The notes under the pieces: generated by a model | The model's database searches: none | What the model was told of the DNA's origin: nothing | Seen by the model: only the letters and a program-made list of their open reading frames with translations | Source: an uncultured Methanoregulaceae archaeon | GTDB taxonomy: Archaea; Halobacteriota; Methanomicrobia; Methanomicrobiales; Methanospirillaceae | DNA length: 64,000 bases | Assembly: GCA_963841015.1 (NCBI GenBank) | Contig: CAWJAX010000002.1 | Span: forward strand, 448,001-512,000 | Direction of reading: 5' to 3' | Made by a program: the position numbers and the translations under genes | In this document: positions 45,036 through 54,476 of the stretch, piece after piece | Numbering within the stretch: position 1 is the first letter of the stretch | Layout: each line of letters begins with the position of its first letter

Positions 45036-46382
45036 ATGTCAAAGATACTTGTTGTTGATGATGAAGCGATCATCACGATGCAGCTGGAAGAGCGCCTGAG
45101 TGCAATGGGGTATACTGTTGCGGGAATGGCTGCTTCCGGTGAAGAAGCGGTCGAAAAGGCACGGCGTATCCGGCCAGACCTTGTTCTGATGGATATCGTG
45201 ATGCCCGGAAAGATGAACGGCATTGAAGCAGCAAAAATCGTCACCGGTGAACTTGATATTCCGGTTGTTTTTGTCACTTCCTATGCGGACGATGCAATTA
45301 TCGAAAAAGCCAAAAGTGTCCGCCCTTACGGGTATATTGTAAAACCGTTCAATGAACTGGAGATTAAGGCGGCCATTGAAGTGGCACTATTCCGGAAAGC
45401 GGCGGAACTTGAAGAAAAGAAATTAAAAAAGACCGCACTCAAAAAAATGGTGCCGGACAGGGAAACCGACCAGCTGGAAGACGGTATCGCGTATCTCGAT
45501 CTGCCCGAGATAAAAACTGTTCTTTTAAAAGATATCTTCACCGATATCATTCTTTTTCTTTATACCGATCAGGTCGCAAAGGAACCAATATTCAAATTTG
45601 CCCTGGAAGAGGGTATAAAAAAGGGAGGACGCAATCTGTTTGCCTATTCAGGTTCTACGCTCCAGAAATACTTCGTAAAAGAGATCTCAAAAAAAGAACT
45701 TTTTACCCACCGGATGAAAAGAAACGAAGCATTTGCCCTGCTGCCGCTCCTGGAAAAATGCACCGAATCCCTGCAGGATTCAGGCACTCATGAGTCATTG
45801 CAGATTCTGCTGGACTTTTCTGAAACTGAGGAATTCGACGATATTCTTGCCATCAGGAACCTGCTTCTTTCAAAAAAAGAGAAGGGGGCACCGGTATCCG
45901 GGCTTGTCGCCCTGAATATCGGAAAAATTGATCATACCCTGATCAAGGACCTTGCCGAAGGAATCCCGAAGATCATTGTATCCACCGGGAAAGAAACAAC
46001 GCTCTCGTTTGCCCATCATACATTTCCTGCCGAGAGTGTATCGGTTGTCCCCCAGTCAACTATCGATGATGTGGTAAAAAAATCACTGGAACCGGTGGTC
46101 CTTTCACTCCTGGACAAACCGATTTCCGGATATGATATCGTTCATGAGATCCACAGCAGGTACAAGGTTCTTATCCCGCAGGCAAGAGTTTACACACTCC
46201 TCTATGATCTTATGGAGAACGGGTACCTGGAGATACGGGTATCCGGGAAATCCAAATTGTATTGTCCCACAGAAAAAGGAAAAAAACACATCAGCCAGAA
46301 ACTCAATGACTTCAAGCTGGTGTTCCAGCATATCTTAGGGACGGTAGATGGGGTAAACCCGGGCATGCATGATAAAAAATAG
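45036..46382 (+). CDS. Response regulator: REC + MEDS-like middle domain + PadR-type winged HTH
   Basis: VVDDE, DLVLMDI, KPF; IILFLYTD....IFKFALEEGIKKGGRNLFAY; PISGYDIVHEI......ARVYTLLYDL...GYL......K.Y..TEKG. Confidence 0.85.
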   Translation: MSKILVVDDEAIITMQLEERLSAMGYTVAGMAASGEEAVEKARRIRPDLVLMDIVMPGKMNGIEAAKIVTGELDIPVVFVTSYADDAIIEKAKSVRPYGYIVKPFNELEIKAAIEVALFRKAAELEEKKLKKTALKKMVPDRETDQLEDGIAYLDLPEIKTVLLKDIFTDIILFLYTDQVAKEPIFKFALEEGIKKGGRNLFAYSGSTLQKYFVKEISKKELFTHRMKRNEAFALLPLLEKCTESLQDSGTHESLQILLDFSETEEFDDILAIRNLLLSKKEKGAPVSGLVALNIGKIDHTLIKDLAEGIPKIIVSTGKETTLSFAHHTFPAESVSVVPQSTIDDVVKKSLEPVVLSLLDKPISGYDIVHEIHSRYKVLIPQARVYTLLYDLMENGYLEIRVSGKSKLYCPTEKGKKHISQKLNDFKLVFQHILGTVDGVNPGMHDKK

Positions 46383-46475
46383 CAGGGGTGGACATCAACC
46401 ACGATGAACAATAATGAGGTAATGGTGAATGTGCTCCTGACAGTTTTATTCCCTGTCTGTTTTTTCGCATTCCCC

Positions 46476-46525
46476 TTTTTATAAAAAATGAAACAAAATT
46501 TGCAAAATCCAGTCATGTTTATCTT
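46476..46525 (+). promoter_or_regulatory. Variant stress-island box plus TATA
   Basis: TTTTTATAAAAA-ATGAAACAAAAT-TTG-N15-TTTATCTT (46518). Confidence 0.45.
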
Positions 46526-46923
46526 TTTTCATGAAGAGTAATCTTCGGGTAGAGTAGTACCCGCAGGAGGTGGATCTTCATCTTTGAGAAAATAAATTCC
46601 TCATGTACCTTAGTGGAAGGTGGTAACCGAATCAGTACAATGCCACACGTCTGGATGGAAGGCAAGGTTCAGGACCGGACTTCACCCCATCGACGATTAA
46701 ACACCCTCTGAAGTTAAAAATACAGGAACAATCCGAAAAATAAGAGTTATCCCAATATGCCAGCATTGCAACAGCCAACAAGACAGGTTCTATCCGGGGC
46801 AACTGATCGGTCCTTATTTACCCCGATCGATTTTTTTAACTCACCGTTGGTAAAATACCATAAGGTATAGGAAGGATTTGACAAGAAAAACCTCAGGCAA
46901 CATCAAAAAGGAAGAGTGGGAAT

Positions 46924-47208
46924 ATGAGGGAAGAAAATTCAAAAAATGCCGGATTCATAAAAACTATCGAGCCGGTAACAACGCTTCTTAATGAAGAAAA
47001 TATTGTCAGAATCCGTTCAGAACTTCCTGGTATAGCAGAAGAAAAAATCAGAATAGATCTCGACAACAACTCAGTAACCATTTGGGCTTCGGATACCAAG
47101 AACCAGTACAAAAAAGTAATTTCCCTACCCTTTGATGTAAAGTTCAGTAAAAAACGCTTTTCTGAGGAAGTCCTTGAACTGACTCTGGAAAAAACAATCA
47201 CTGATTAG
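46924..47208 (+). CDS. Minimal Hsp20/alpha-crystallin-domain protein
   Basis: IRSELPGIAEEKIRIDL, YKKVISLP, F...VLELTLEK. Confidence 0.75.
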   Translation: MREENSKNAGFIKTIEPVTTLLNEENIVRIRSELPGIAEEKIRIDLDNNSVTIWASDTKNQYKKVISLPFDVKFSKKRFSEEVLELTLEKTITD

Positions 47209-47260
47209 ATCAGTGTACCAGCAGATAAATCCGACCTGTTTTTAAAACCTGAAGGTTTCT

Positions 47261-47311
47261 TTGTTTCAAAATTTGTTTCAAAATCTGCTTTCTGACAAAG
47301 ATCCTATAAAA
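47261..47311 (+). promoter_or_regulatory. Stress-island box (perfect 12-bp direct repeat) plus TATA
   Basis: TTGTTTCAAAAT-TTGTTTCAAAAT-CTG-N15-CCTATAAA (47303). Confidence 0.8.
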
Positions 47312-47332
47312 TACCCTAGGTAATAATCGGAA

Positions 47333-47650
47333 CGGGTGAGGACAATTCCCGTCTTTGAAAATTCCCCGGGATTATTTCAGGCTGGTGTGGACGCCGGTCG
47401 TATCTGGGAAAATTACCGGAATGTGAAAGGTAATTTCCATAAGCAAAGTGTAGCAGTATCTCAGCACTATGGCGCATCATGCTCATCAATCAGCTGTGGC
47501 CGGTGCGAGCTCCCTGATTGTTTTTTCAGTGAGTTCATACGGAATTACTGGGATTGTCCCAATGGAGACTGATGTAAAAACCAGGTTAACGATACTGGAG
47601 TCGGGTGAGACCAATTCCCATCTTTGGTAATTCATCAGGTCATTTCAGGA
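47333..47650 (+). repeat. Pair of about 50-bp direct repeats (47333-47381 and 47602-47650)
   Basis: CGGGTGAG..CAATTCCC.TCTTTG..AATTC....GG...ATTTCAGG present twice. Confidence 0.75.
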
Positions 47651-47702
47651 AAGAGTATGGTAGTCGTCATTGTGAATATTCAATGAGGGGGATCCCAAAC
47701 AC

Positions 47703-47740
47703 AAAAATATATATATTGTTTAACGCTAACTTAAGGTAAA
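47703..47740 (+). promoter_or_regulatory. grpE-dnaK-dnaJ promoter with HSR1-like operator
   Basis: AAAAATATATATAT (BRE/TATA) followed by CTAAC-TTAAG-GTAAA at 47726-47740. Confidence 0.55.
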
Positions 47741-47764
47741 CCTAAAAAATAAAGGTGTCTTTAG

Positions 47765-48357
47765 ATGGCAGAGAAAGATTCCACCGAAGTTATCGTAAAA
47801 GAACCGGCTCAAAAGATACAGGCCGTGACATTACCCGGGGGGACATCTCACAGGAACGGGTACCGATGACCGAAGACCTCGAACAGTTAAAAAAAGATCT
47901 CGAAGAACAGACACGGCTCGCAGATGACCGGCTCAACCAGTTGAAATACCTCCAGGCAGATTTTGATAATTACCGTAAGTGGTCTGAAAAAGAAAAAACA
48001 TCGATCATTGCCCTTGCAAATGAAAACCTGATCAAAGATCTCCTCGTCATCCTGGATGATTTTGACCAGGCACTGCCATCACTCGAGCTGGAACAGAACC
48101 GGCAGGGCATACTGATGATACAGAAAAAAATCGTCAAAATCCTCAATGAATACGGGTTGCGTCCCATCGAATGCGTCGGGAAAAAATTCGACCCGCAATT
48201 CCATGAAGTAATCTGTAAGGAGCGAAGCAATGAAGAAACAAACACGATTCTCGAAGATATAGGTAAGGGTTACCAGTTGAAATCGAAGGTCATCAGGCCC
48301 TCAAAAGTAAAGATTGCAGAACATATCACAGAAAATGAAGGTGAAAACAATGGGTAA
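47765..48357 (+). CDS. grpE: Nucleotide exchange factor GrpE (probable frameshift at G6 run 47837-47842; alternative in-frame start 47866)
   Basis: [38 protein letters not shown]; AAGGTG SD precedes ATG 47765. Confidence 0.92.
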
Positions 48358-50227
48358 AGAAAAGATCCTCGGAATAGACCTCGGGACATCCAACAGTGAA
48401 GCAGCAGTAATGCTGGGTGGCAAACCGACCATCATCCCTTCGGCGGAAGGCGCAACCGTCGCCGGAAAGATGTTCCCCTCCTATGTCGCGTTTACTCCGG
48501 ATGGGCAGCTGCTGGTAGGAGAGCCGGCACGGAGACAGACTGTAAGTAACCCCGACGGCACAGTTACTGCGGCAAAGCGGAAGATGGGTACCGACCAGAT
48601 TTACCGGATTTACGGCAAGGAATACACACCACAGCAGATTTCTGCATTCCTCCTGCAGAAGATAAAGCGGGATGCAGAAGCCTTTCTCGGGGAACCAGTA
48701 ACGAAAGCAGTCATCACCGTTCCTGCCTATTTCAATGACAACCAGAGAACGGCAACAAAGGATGCGGGAAAAATCGCGGGTCTTGATGTGGTCAGGCTCG
48801 TGAATGAGCCAACCGCTGCTTCCATGGCTTATGGTCTCGACCGGGCCGGGGAATACAAGATACTTGTCTTTGATCTGGGGGGTGGAACTCTTGATGTAAC
48901 CATCATGGAGTTTGGGGGCGGAACATTTACCGTTCTTGCAACTTCCGGTGACACCCAGCTGGGTGGCACTGATATGGATAACGCGATTTATGAATGGATT
49001 GCCGCCGAGTTCAAAAAGCTTGAAGGTATCGATATCAGAAATGACAAAATGGCGATCAACCGGGTAAAAGAGGCTGCCGAAAAAGCGAAGATCGAGTTGT
49101 CCACGGTTATTGAAACCGAGATAAATCTCCCTTACGTTTCTGCAACACAGGCGGGTCCCAAACACCTTTCCCTGAAACTGACCCGGGCCAGGCTTGAGCA
49201 GCTGGTCGAACCGATCATCAAACGGTGTATTACCCCGTTTGAAACAGCATTGAAAGACGCCGGCCTGACAAAGAATGATATCCAGAAAGTAATCCTGGTC
49301 GGCGGGCCGACAAGGATGCCCGTTGTCCAGAAATTTATCGAAGACCATATCGGTAAGAAAGTAGAGCGGGGGATCGACCCTATGGAATGCGTTGCCATCG
49401 GAGCTGCCATACAGGGTGCAATCCTGGGTGGCGAGATTACGGATATGGTGCTTCTTGATGTGACTCCCCTGACCCTCGGTATCGAGACGCTCGGCGGGGT
49501 GAGGACCCAGCTGATTGAAAGGAACACCACCATTCCTACGAAAAAAAGCCAGACCTTTTCGACAGCAGCTGATTACCAGACGTCAGTTACTATCCATGTA
49601 CTCCAGGGTGAACGTCCGATGGCGAGTGACAATGTCAGCCTTGGCCAGTTTAATCTTGTCGGTATACCCCCTGCTCCCCGCGGTGTACCCCAGATTGAGG
49701 TAGCATTCGATATCGATGCATCGGGAATCCTGAATGTTTCAGCAAAGGATCTCGGGACCGGAAAAGAGCAGAATATGACCATCACGGCTTCGACAAAATT
49801 AGCAGACAGTGATGTCAAGAAGATGGTCAATGAGGCAAAACAGTTTGAAGAACAGGACAGACAGAGGAAAGAAGAAGTCGAAGCCCGCAATATAGCAGAT
49901 TCCCTCATATATACCGCGGAAAAGACAAAATCCGACCTGGCAGGAAAACTGAACCCAGATCTGGTTGACAAGGTAAATGCAGCAATAGTGGCAGTCAAAA
50001 CAGCACTCGAAGGAAAGGATAGTCAAAAGATCAAGGCCGAGACAGAAAAACTCCAGAAAGTGCTGGGTGAAGCCGGCTCAGCTGCGTACCAGCAGGCTGC
50101 CCAGCGACAGGCACAGGAACAGGCAGGTTCCCAGGCAGGATCTGCTGGCAGTTCCGGCACAGGGACGGAGAGTAAAAGCGGAGAGAATGTTGTCGATGCG
50201 GACTTCAAGGTTCATGACGAGAAATAA
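48350..50227 (+). CDS. dnaK: Chaperone DnaK (Hsp70)
   Basis: [41 protein letters not shown]. Confidence 0.99.
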   Translation: MGKEKILGIDLGTSNSEAAVMLGGKPTIIPSAEGATVAGKMFPSYVAFTPDGQLLVGEPARRQTVSNPDGTVTAAKRKMGTDQIYRIYGKEYTPQQISAFLLQKIKRDAEAFLGEPVTKAVITVPAYFNDNQRTATKDAGKIAGLDVVRLVNEPTAASMAYGLDRAGEYKILVFDLGGGTLDVTIMEFGGGTFTVLATSGDTQLGGTDMDNAIYEWIAAEFKKLEGIDIRNDKMAINRVKEAAEKAKIELSTVIETEINLPYVSATQAGPKHLSLKLTRARLEQLVEPIIKRCITPFETALKDAGLTKNDIQKVILVGGPTRMPVVQKFIEDHIGKKVERGIDPMECVAIGAAIQGAILGGEITDMVLLDVTPLTLGIETLGGVRTQLIERNTTIPTKKSQTFSTAADYQTSVTIHVLQGERPMASDNVSLGQFNLVGIPPAPRGVPQIEVAFDIDASGILNVSAKDLGTGKEQNMTITASTKLADSDVKKMVNEAKQFEEQDRQRKEEVEARNIADSLIYTAEKTKSDLAGKLNPDLVDKVNAAIVAVKTALEGKDSQKIKAETEKLQKVLGEAGSAAYQQAAQRQAQEQAGSQAGSAGSSGTGTESKSGENVVDADFKVHDEK

Positions 50228-50244
50228 CCGTTATTCGTGCGCCA

Positions 50245-51306
50245 ATGGAAAAAAAGGATTATTATGACACCCTGGGGGTCAAACGGGATGCATCACCGGA
50301 TGACCTGAAAAAGGCGTTCAGGATTCTGGCACGGAAATATCACCCGGATCTCAATAAGGGGAGCAAGGAAGCTGAGGAGAAGTTCAAAGAGATTAATGAA
50401 GCCTACCAGGTCCTGAGCGACCCGCAGAAAAAGGCAGAATATGACCAGGTAGGGCATGCCGCCTTCAAACCCGGGGATACTGCAGGCTACAGGACCCCCA
50501 GTTACGATGATCTTTTCCGGGACTTCGGTTTAGGTGACATCTTCGATGCGTTCTCGGCAGGTTCCGGGAGAGCACGGAGCCGTGCTGGTGCAGACCTGAG
50601 GTATGAGATTGAGATCTCCCTTACCGACGCATTCTATGGTACGAAGAATACCGTGGAGGTCCCTCATAACTATGAGTGCGGTACCTGCCACGGTTCAGGT
50701 GCACAACCGGGTTCTGTCCGGGACTGTCCCACGTGCAAAGGGACCGGTGAGATCCGGCGGATTCAGCGGAGCGGTAACCAGCAGGTGATGAACATAGCCC
50801 AGTGTCCCGAATGCGGAGGGCGTGGCAGGATCATCGGCAAACCCTGTGAGACCTGCCGTGGGAAGGGATCGATCCGGAAGACGCGAAGAATTGAGGTATC
50901 AATCCCTGCAGGTGTTGAAGACGGCCAGTTCTTAAGGATAGCTGGTGAGGGTGAGCCGGGCGAGGATCATGGGCCTCCGGGCGATCTGTATGCAGTAGTC
51001 CACATAAAAAAACACCCGGTGTTCGACAGGCAGGGGGCGGACCTGTACAGCACAGCAGTTGTCGGGCTTGCAACTGCCCTTTTAGGGGGTGAGATCAAGG
51101 TCCCTACCCTCACCGGAAGTGCGACCCTCAGAATTCCCCGCGGCACGCAGAGTCATACCCTTTTCCGCTTCAAAGAGCAGGGAATGCGCTCCCTGAATTC
51201 CGGCGACAGGGGAGATCTGCTCGTAAAGGTTATTGTTAAGATTCCTGAAAAACTGACAAAAAAACAGGAGGAACTGATGAAGGAAGCTTTTGTGGGGGGA
51301 ACCTGA
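50245..51306 (+). CDS. dnaJ: Chaperone DnaJ
   Basis: J-domain HPD; four CxxCxGxG repeats. Confidence 0.98.
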   Translation: MEKKDYYDTLGVKRDASPDDLKKAFRILARKYHPDLNKGSKEAEEKFKEINEAYQVLSDPQKKAEYDQVGHAAFKPGDTAGYRTPSYDDLFRDFGLGDIFDAFSAGSGRARSRAGADLRYEIEISLTDAFYGTKNTVEVPHNYECGTCHGSGAQPGSVRDCPTCKGTGEIRRIQRSGNQQVMNIAQCPECGGRGRIIGKPCETCRGKGSIRKTRRIEVSIPAGVEDGQFLRIAGEGEPGEDHGPPGDLYAVVHIKKHPVFDRQGADLYSTAVVGLATALLGGEIKVPTLTGSATLRIPRGTQSHTLFRFKEQGMRSLNSGDRGDLLVKVIVKIPEKLTKKQEELMKEAFVGGT

Positions 51307-51427
51307 ACCGGAAATGAACCTTATATACTTTGAACGGACTACGGGTGTAAATTACAGAAAGATTCACGTTTTAATCAGGTCTTTCCGGCATTGGAAACGA
51401 TGTGAAAAAAGAGAATGAGAAACCACT

Positions 51428-51631
51428 ATGGAACAGATTTCAGGAACAAAAAAGTACCAGAACGGGATCTAGGTTTTCTGGACTGATGGAGGAAAAGAAC
51501 TCTCTGACTTTTTCCTTTTTGAAGAACTGATAGATATGAAGATCAATGCGTTTGACCTTTCGGAAAATCCGGACATATACCGGATCGATGGAAAAACCAC
51601 AGGATTGAATCTTCGGTTTAACGTCTTCTGA
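51428..51631 (+). pseudogene. 67-codon ORF interrupted by an in-frame TAG
   Basis: MEQISGTKKYQNGI*VFWTDGGKELSDFFLFEELIDMKINAFDLSENPDIYRID...; TAG at 51470-51472. Confidence 0.5.
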
Positions 51632-51808
51632 GTGTACAATCATGGCATAAATCATCAGAGTAATGATCAGATACTGATTGAGACAAAATCAGCAGAGGCC
51701 GAAAATAGTGTGGTTTTCCTGCACCTGACGGTTGTCGCCGGTATCACGGAAAAAACTTCTGTAAACGAGGGACGGACCGGATGCCGGACGGGACAAAGGA
51801 AGTGGATT

Positions 51809-52105
51809 ATGGCCAGCACAGCAAAAAAAAGAACAAGGAAAAAAACCGCATCCGAAGAGGTAAAAACATCGCTGATGAAAAAGTACAGGGAAACGTTCAT
51901 TGACAAACTTACCCCGCAGGACCTGGAAGAACTCCAGTGTTACCTGATGCAGCAGTATAATAATGAACACGGCTGGAACAATGAATACAGGCTGAAATTT
52001 GAATTTAAACTGAGGCAGTATTTTCATGAAGAGATCCTGAAGCGGGAGATTGCCAGTATCGAAACCCTGCTGGACCTCCTCCAACCACAGGATCTGAAAA
52101 TGTAG
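51809..52105 (+). CDS. Hypothetical protein with basic N-terminus
   Basis: 98-aa helical ORF starting MASTAKKRTRKK. Confidence 0.6.
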   Translation: MASTAKKRTRKKTASEEVKTSLMKKYRETFIDKLTPQDLEELQCYLMQQYNNEHGWNNEYRLKFEFKLRQYFHEEILKREIASIETLLDLLQPQDLKM

Positions 52106-52225
52106 ATCTGGAACAATTCCGGTGCACAAAATCCTTTACCATTCGGATGAATCCTCTTTTGACTTTCTGATTCTTTTTTTAAAACGGGTTTCTCGTCAGG
52201 TCTGTTTTGTCCGCCTGCATAAAAA

Positions 52226-52276
52226 TTGTTTCAAAATTTGTCACAAAATCTGATTTACATAAAACATTTGATAAAA
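52226..52276 (+). promoter_or_regulatory. Stress-island box plus TATA upstream of hsp20
   Basis: TTGTTTCAAAAT-TTGTCACAAAAT-CTG-N15-TTGATAAA (52268). Confidence 0.8.
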
Positions 52277-52428
52277 TTTCTGAATAATACGATGACGGAC
52301 AAGGGACGGCAGGGCACGCAGGTGATACGTGAGGTGCAGTTGCCCTTGCCATACCTGAGATTGTCAACTCGCACACATGAGAGGAAAAAATCGAGTCGAT
52401 TCCTGCACGATGAAGAAGGAGAGGACAT

Positions 52429-52908
52429 ATGGCCAGATGGTATTACAAGTCAATCTTTGATGAGCTCGATGAGATGAGAAGTTACATGGACGCATTATTC
52501 CAGCAGATGTATGGGACGAACCCGACAGCATTGTTACCCTCTGCCGGGGAGTCAGCAACAAAGCTGCTGCCGGTTCAACCGTCTCGTCTCCGGGTCGATG
52601 TGATTGAACAGACCGATGAGGTTGTCGTGACCGCAGATCTTATTCCCGGGATTACCAAAAAAGACATCAGTCTGGACCTGATCAACCCACAGGCACTTGA
52701 AATTTCATGGGAACGCAAAGAAGAGAAGAAGGAAGAAAAAGAAGGATATTACCTGCGAGAACGCAGGTTTGGCTCCTTGACAAGGATTGTCCCCCTTCCT
52801 GCTCCGGTTACTGAAGACAAAGCAGCTGCAACGGTGAAGAACGGTGTTCTTGAAGTCCATTTGAAAAAGACAAAAAAAGAGCCCAAAGCAAAAATCGCCA
52901 TTGAATAA
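52429..52908 (+). CDS. Small heat-shock protein Hsp20
   Basis: VDVIE..DEVVVTADL.PG, RERRFG...R..PLP, A..KNGVLEV.L.K, C-terminal IAI motif. Confidence 0.95.
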   Translation: MARWYYKSIFDELDEMRSYMDALFQQMYGTNPTALLPSAGESATKLLPVQPSRLRVDVIEQTDEVVVTADLIPGITKKDISLDLINPQALEISWERKEEKKEEKEGYYLRERRFGSLTRIVPLPAPVTEDKAAATVKNGVLEVHLKKTKKEPKAKIAIE

Positions 52909-53045
52909 CTCCCCGGTGGCGATACCCGGCACCTTATTCAAAAGAAGATCTCCTGCTGTTGTGAAAGAACAAAAACGTTTCCGTTGCAAAAAAAGGTGAT
53001 CAATCCGTATCAGGGGGAACAGATCGTTGAATGCAAAAATAGGAG

Positions 53046-53372
53046 ATGATACCAATGGATAAATTTGAACAGATGATGAAAGATGTACAAGGAAAGACAC
53101 CATCAGACCTGGCAAAGGAAATAGAGAAATATAAGGGCATATGTATCTGCCCGAAGTGCCCGACGCATAATGCCTGTGCCAAGAATGCAAAAGAGATGCT
53201 TTTCTGTATAACCGGCAAGAGTTTCATGTGCATATCCGAGGATAAGGGATGCATCTGCCCGACCTGCCCGGCCACACCGGAGTTTGGACTGAAGAATAAA
53301 TCCTTCTGCATGAAGGGTGCAGAGAAAGCCCAGCGCTACGAACATGCGTTGTGGGGAACAAAAATTCCCTGA
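53046..53372 (+). CDS. Cys-rich DUF2769-like protein
   Basis: CICPKCPTHNAC...LFC..GKS..C....GCICPTCP...FC..G. Confidence 0.8.
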   Translation: MIPMDKFEQMMKDVQGKTPSDLAKEIEKYKGICICPKCPTHNACAKNAKEMLFCITGKSFMCISEDKGCICPTCPATPEFGLKNKSFCMKGAEKAQRYEHALWGTKIP

Positions 53373-53419
53373 TTTTTTTCCTAACGGTGCTATGAAGAAA
53401 TGAGAGAGGGTGTTCTGTT

Positions 53420-53674
53420 ATGCTTATGGTAAAAAAAAGAGACGGGAGAAAAGAACCATTTGTCGTCGAGAAGATTGTGGTGAGTGCTATCAAGTCCGGA
53501 GCACCACCTGAATTTGCGAGAACTGTTGCAGGGGATATAGAACGAATGGCAAAAGAGGAAATCACCACCGGGGAGATCAAGACAAAGGTCCTTGCCATGC
53601 TCAAATCCAGAAACCCGGAATGGGAGAGAAACTGGCTGGTCTATGACATCGCGGTGAAAAAACGCCCGAACTAA
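53420..53674 (+). CDS. Stand-alone ATP-cone protein
   Basis: VKKRDGRKEPF..EKI..S..K...ITT.EI...V...L. Confidence 0.88.
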   Translation: MLMVKKRDGRKEPFVVEKIVVSAIKSGAPPEFARTVAGDIERMAKEEITTGEIKTKVLAMLKSRNPEWERNWLVYDIAVKKRPN

Positions 53675-53719
53675 ACGGGAAATATGCATATCTGATGATT
53701 GAGGACTTACGAGGTGAAA

Positions 53720-54301
53720 ATGATGGATTCTTCCCCTGCCAGAATAGAGGAATTAATCAGGGACCTGTCCCATAAAAATGAAGACATACGATGGGGAGCT
53801 GCATTTGCTCTCGCACGAATCGGACGACCTGCAGTAGACTTTCTCATTCCTGCTCTTGACGACAAGGACAGTGTTGTCCGCCTGCGGGCTGCGTGGGCAC
53901 TTGGTCAGATCGGGGACTCTCGTGCGGTGGATCCTCTGATCCTCACTCTCCGCGATGGTGACTGGGCAGTAAGGATGAGAGCGGCAGAAGCTCTTGGTAA
54001 GCTTCGGGCACACAAAGCAACCGACACTCTTGTGCGTACGTTACGGGATGAGAACCCTGATGTGAGAAGACACGCGATTGCCGCCCTTGCCCTGATAGCA
54101 GATCCCGCGTCTGCAGATCGCCTCGGAGATACACTGAAAGATCCCGACTGGCGGGTGAGGATGGGAGCTGCACTTGCACTTACTGCTATCGGGGATACGA
54201 AAAGCGTATCCTATCTTGAAACTGCCACCCGTGATGAAAATGAATTTGTCCGAAAAATTGCCTTGGCAGGTGTCGGAAAAAAAGAGGAGAAACGCTCCTG
54301 A
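53720..54301 (+). CDS. HEAT/PBS-lyase-repeat protein
   Basis: VRLRAAWALGQIGD.RAVDPLI..L.D repeats; GAGGTGA SD. Confidence 0.9.
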   Translation: MMDSSPARIEELIRDLSHKNEDIRWGAAFALARIGRPAVDFLIPALDDKDSVVRLRAAWALGQIGDSRAVDPLILTLRDGDWAVRMRAAEALGKLRAHKATDTLVRTLRDENPDVRRHAIAALALIADPASADRLGDTLKDPDWRVRMGAALALTAIGDTKSVSYLETATRDENEFVRKIALAGVGKKEEKRS

Positions 54302-54343
54302 ACATGAATTTTTTTAATGAATAACACCTGTTTTTTTTTAAAA

Positions 54344-54394
54344 TTGTTTCACTCTTTGTTTCAAAATCTGAGTTACAGGCAATAGTCTATAAAA
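54344..54394 (+). promoter_or_regulatory. Stress-island box plus TATA upstream of sod
   Basis: TTGTTTCACTCT-TTGTTTCAAAAT-CTG-N15-TCTATAAA (54386). Confidence 0.8.
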
Positions 54395-54476
54395 CCTGAT
54401 TTTAAATACCCTGACCATCAGAGGAAAATCCTGTCTTCTGCAGACAAGCGGGAAATAGTATGGAGGTCCTGGATGT

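Noticed and set aside
2319-46629. Shared 11-mer GGTGGTAACCG in two candidate sRNA regions (2319 and 46619)
   Set aside because: 11-mer matches are expected by chance in 64 kb and the flanks do not align.
47261-47650. CRISPR-like array from short direct repeats
   Set aside because: Only two units each, no regular spacers, no cas genes.
48326-49348. 340-aa ORF antisense to dnaK (and similar long antisense ORFs opposite other genes)
   Set aside because: Antisense open frames opposite hsp70 and other conserved genes are a known codon-usage by-product; no SD or domain signal.
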